Shown: piece by piece, positions 62,200-64,000 of the stretch
How positions within the stretch are numbered: the stretch's first letter is position 1
How the letters are laid out: every line of letters begins with the position of its first letter
NCBI GenBank assembly: GCA_905178155.1
Contig: CAJINV010000003.1
Location: 8,043,237-8,107,236 of the forward strand
Length of the DNA stretch: 64,000 nt
Origin: Amoebophrya sp. A120
Lineage: Eukaryota > Protista > Dinoflagellata
Direction of reading: 5' to 3'
Program-made: the position numbers and the translations under genes
Notes under the pieces: model-generated
The model's input: only the letters and a program-made list of their open reading frames with translations
The model's database searches: none
What the model was told of the DNA's origin: nothing

Positions 62200-64000
62200 C
62201 TGGCTGGCCGTCGCATGAGCCGCGCCGGGCTAGCTGGGCCCCGGGTTAGTTTGGCCTCGCGCCCGCCCGGCTAGCTCGAGCCGGCACGGGCCGGGATGGC
62301 CGGGCCGCCTTTCGTTGTCTGGGCCCACCTTGCCTTCGGCCGCGCGGATTAGTTCGCTGTAGGCCGCACGGCTTCGGCTTTGGAACCTGGCAGCGTGGGC
62401 CCGGTTTTGCCGCTTCTCTGCGCGGCCTCGCTCGGCTTTGGCGCTTATTGGCCGCGCGGCCTTAGCTGCCTCTGGCTTAGAGTTGATGTCGGCGCTTAGG
62501 GTTTGCGTTTAGCGAGGAACGAAGCAAATAAGGGCGGCGAATAGAAAGGGCAAACAAAACCCGGCCGCGCGGCTTTGGCGCCTGGCCGCGCGGCCTTGCT
62601 TGGCGCTTGGCCGCCGCGCACGGCTTTGGCTCTTGGCCGCACGGCTTTGGCGCTTATCCGCACGGCTTTGGCGCTTAGCCGCGCGGATTTGGCGCTTGTT
62701 AGTTCGCACGGTTTTGGCGCCCGCGTTGCCACACGTTTTTGGCGCCCGCGTGGCCACACGGTTTTGGCGCCCGCCCGCTTGGCCGTCCGGCTTTGGCGCT
62801 CGCTGGCGTGGCCGCGCGGCTTTGGTGCCCGCCTGGCCGCAAGGCTTTGGCTCTCGTTGGCTTGGCCGCACGGCTTTGGCGGTGGCTTGGCCGCACGGCC
62901 CGGGAGCTGGCCCTGCTGCGCGGCTTGGCCACGACCTGGCACCGGCGGGGTCGGCCATGATCTGGCACCGGCTTAGCAGGCTTTGGCCATGATCTGGCAC
63001 CGGCTTGGCCACGACCTGGCACCGGCTTGGCCATGATCTGGCACCGACTTGGCCATGATGTGGCACCGGGCTGGTCATGATCTGGCAGTGGCACCGGCTT
63101 GGTAGGCTTTGGCCATGATCTGGCACCGGCTTGGCCACGACCTGGCACCGGCTTGGCGATGATTTGGCATCGGCTTGGCCCTGACCTGGCACCGGCTTGG
63201 CCATGATCTGGCACCGACTTGGCCATGATGTGGCACCGGGCTGGTCATGATCTGGCAGTGGCACCGGCTTGGTAGGCTTTGGCCATGATCTGGCACCGGC
63301 TTGGCCACGACCTGGCACCGGCTTGGCGATGATTTGGCATCGGCCTGGCCCTGATCTGGCACCGGCTTGGCCATGATCTGGCACCGGCTTGGCCCCGACC
63401 TGGCACCGGCAGGCATTGCCGTGATCTGGCACCGGCCTGGCCATGCTTTGGCACCGGGCGGCTTGGCCACGGCCTGGCAAAGGCTGCCGCTTGGCAGGCT
63501 TGGATGGCCATGATCTGGCACCGGCTTGGCAGGCTTTGGCCATGACCTGGCACCGGCTTGGCCACGACCTGGCACCGGCTTGGTCATGATCTGGCACCGG
63601 TTTGCATCGGCCGGGCCACGACCTGGCACCGGCGGGCTTTGCCATGGTCCTGCACGCACCGGCTCGGCTTGGCCATGCATGGTCCGGCACGCACGCACCG
63701 GCCCGGCCCGGCTTGGCCATGCATGCATGGTCCGCCCGGCACGCACGCACCGGCTCGGCTTGGCCATGCATGGCCCGGCACCCACGCACCGGCCCTGCTT
63801 GGCCATGGTAGGTCCGGCACGCACCGGCCCGGCTTAGCCATGGTTGGTTGGTCCGGCACGCACCGGCCCGGCTTGGCCACGGTCCGGTGCGCGTGCGTCG
63901 GCTCGGCTTGGCCATGCGTGGTCCGGCACGCACCGGCTCTGCTTGGCCAGGGTCCGGAACGCACCGGCCCGGCTCTGCCATGGCCCGGCACTGGCCCGGC
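62200..64000. repeat. GC-rich compound satellite built on a GGCTTGGCC core, running off the window end
   Basis: About 21-23-bp CACGGCTTTGGCGCTTGGCCG-type units, then 22-bp GGCTTGGCCATGATCTGGCACC units with a 170-bp higher-order duplication, then longer GCACGCACCGG-containing units. Confidence 0.92.

Noticed and set aside
62496-63991. 490-aa and other minus-strand repetitive ORFs
   Set aside because: Open only because the GC-rich satellite lacks stop codons; several frames are open at once.
1-64000. Dinoflagellate spliced-leader relics, tRNA, rRNA or snRNA genes
   Set aside because: No CCGTAGCCATTTTGGCTCAAG match or convincing RNA-gene structure seen by eye; a covariance-model scan would be needed to exclude them.

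Overview
Eukaryotic (alveolate-type) genomic DNA, most likely a syndinian dinoflagellate parasite such as Amoebophrya. This is an inference from inverted-repeat-bounded introns, one-strand gene clustering and divergent low-complexity proteins. Every confidently decoded host gene is on the + strand: an endocytic-type low-complexity protein, an FtsJ-like methyltransferase, an R3H protein, a NEK kinase, a PLOD-type glycosyltransferase, a coiled-coil protein, an IGHMBP2 helicase, an EF-hand light chain, an IRG/IIGP-like GTPase, PrpF and a GDP-hexose phosphorylase. The main signal is a family of at least five MITE-like 'introner' insertions inside genes. They share a terminal inverted repeat (TIR) pattern TATY-N6-AAAAA and 5-bp target-site duplications (TSDs), and the TSD sequence appears to decide whether the resulting intron is canonical, canonical plus one codon, or non-canonical. 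Also present: a candidate 4.26-kb relative of these elements, a 725-bp split-direct-repeat element (A-x-B-A-B), a decayed LINE reverse transcriptase, a TSD-flanked 17-bp quasi-palindromic array inside an intron, several divergent AP2-like ORFs and a GC-rich satellite at the right end. Gene models were decoded by eye and have no transcript support.
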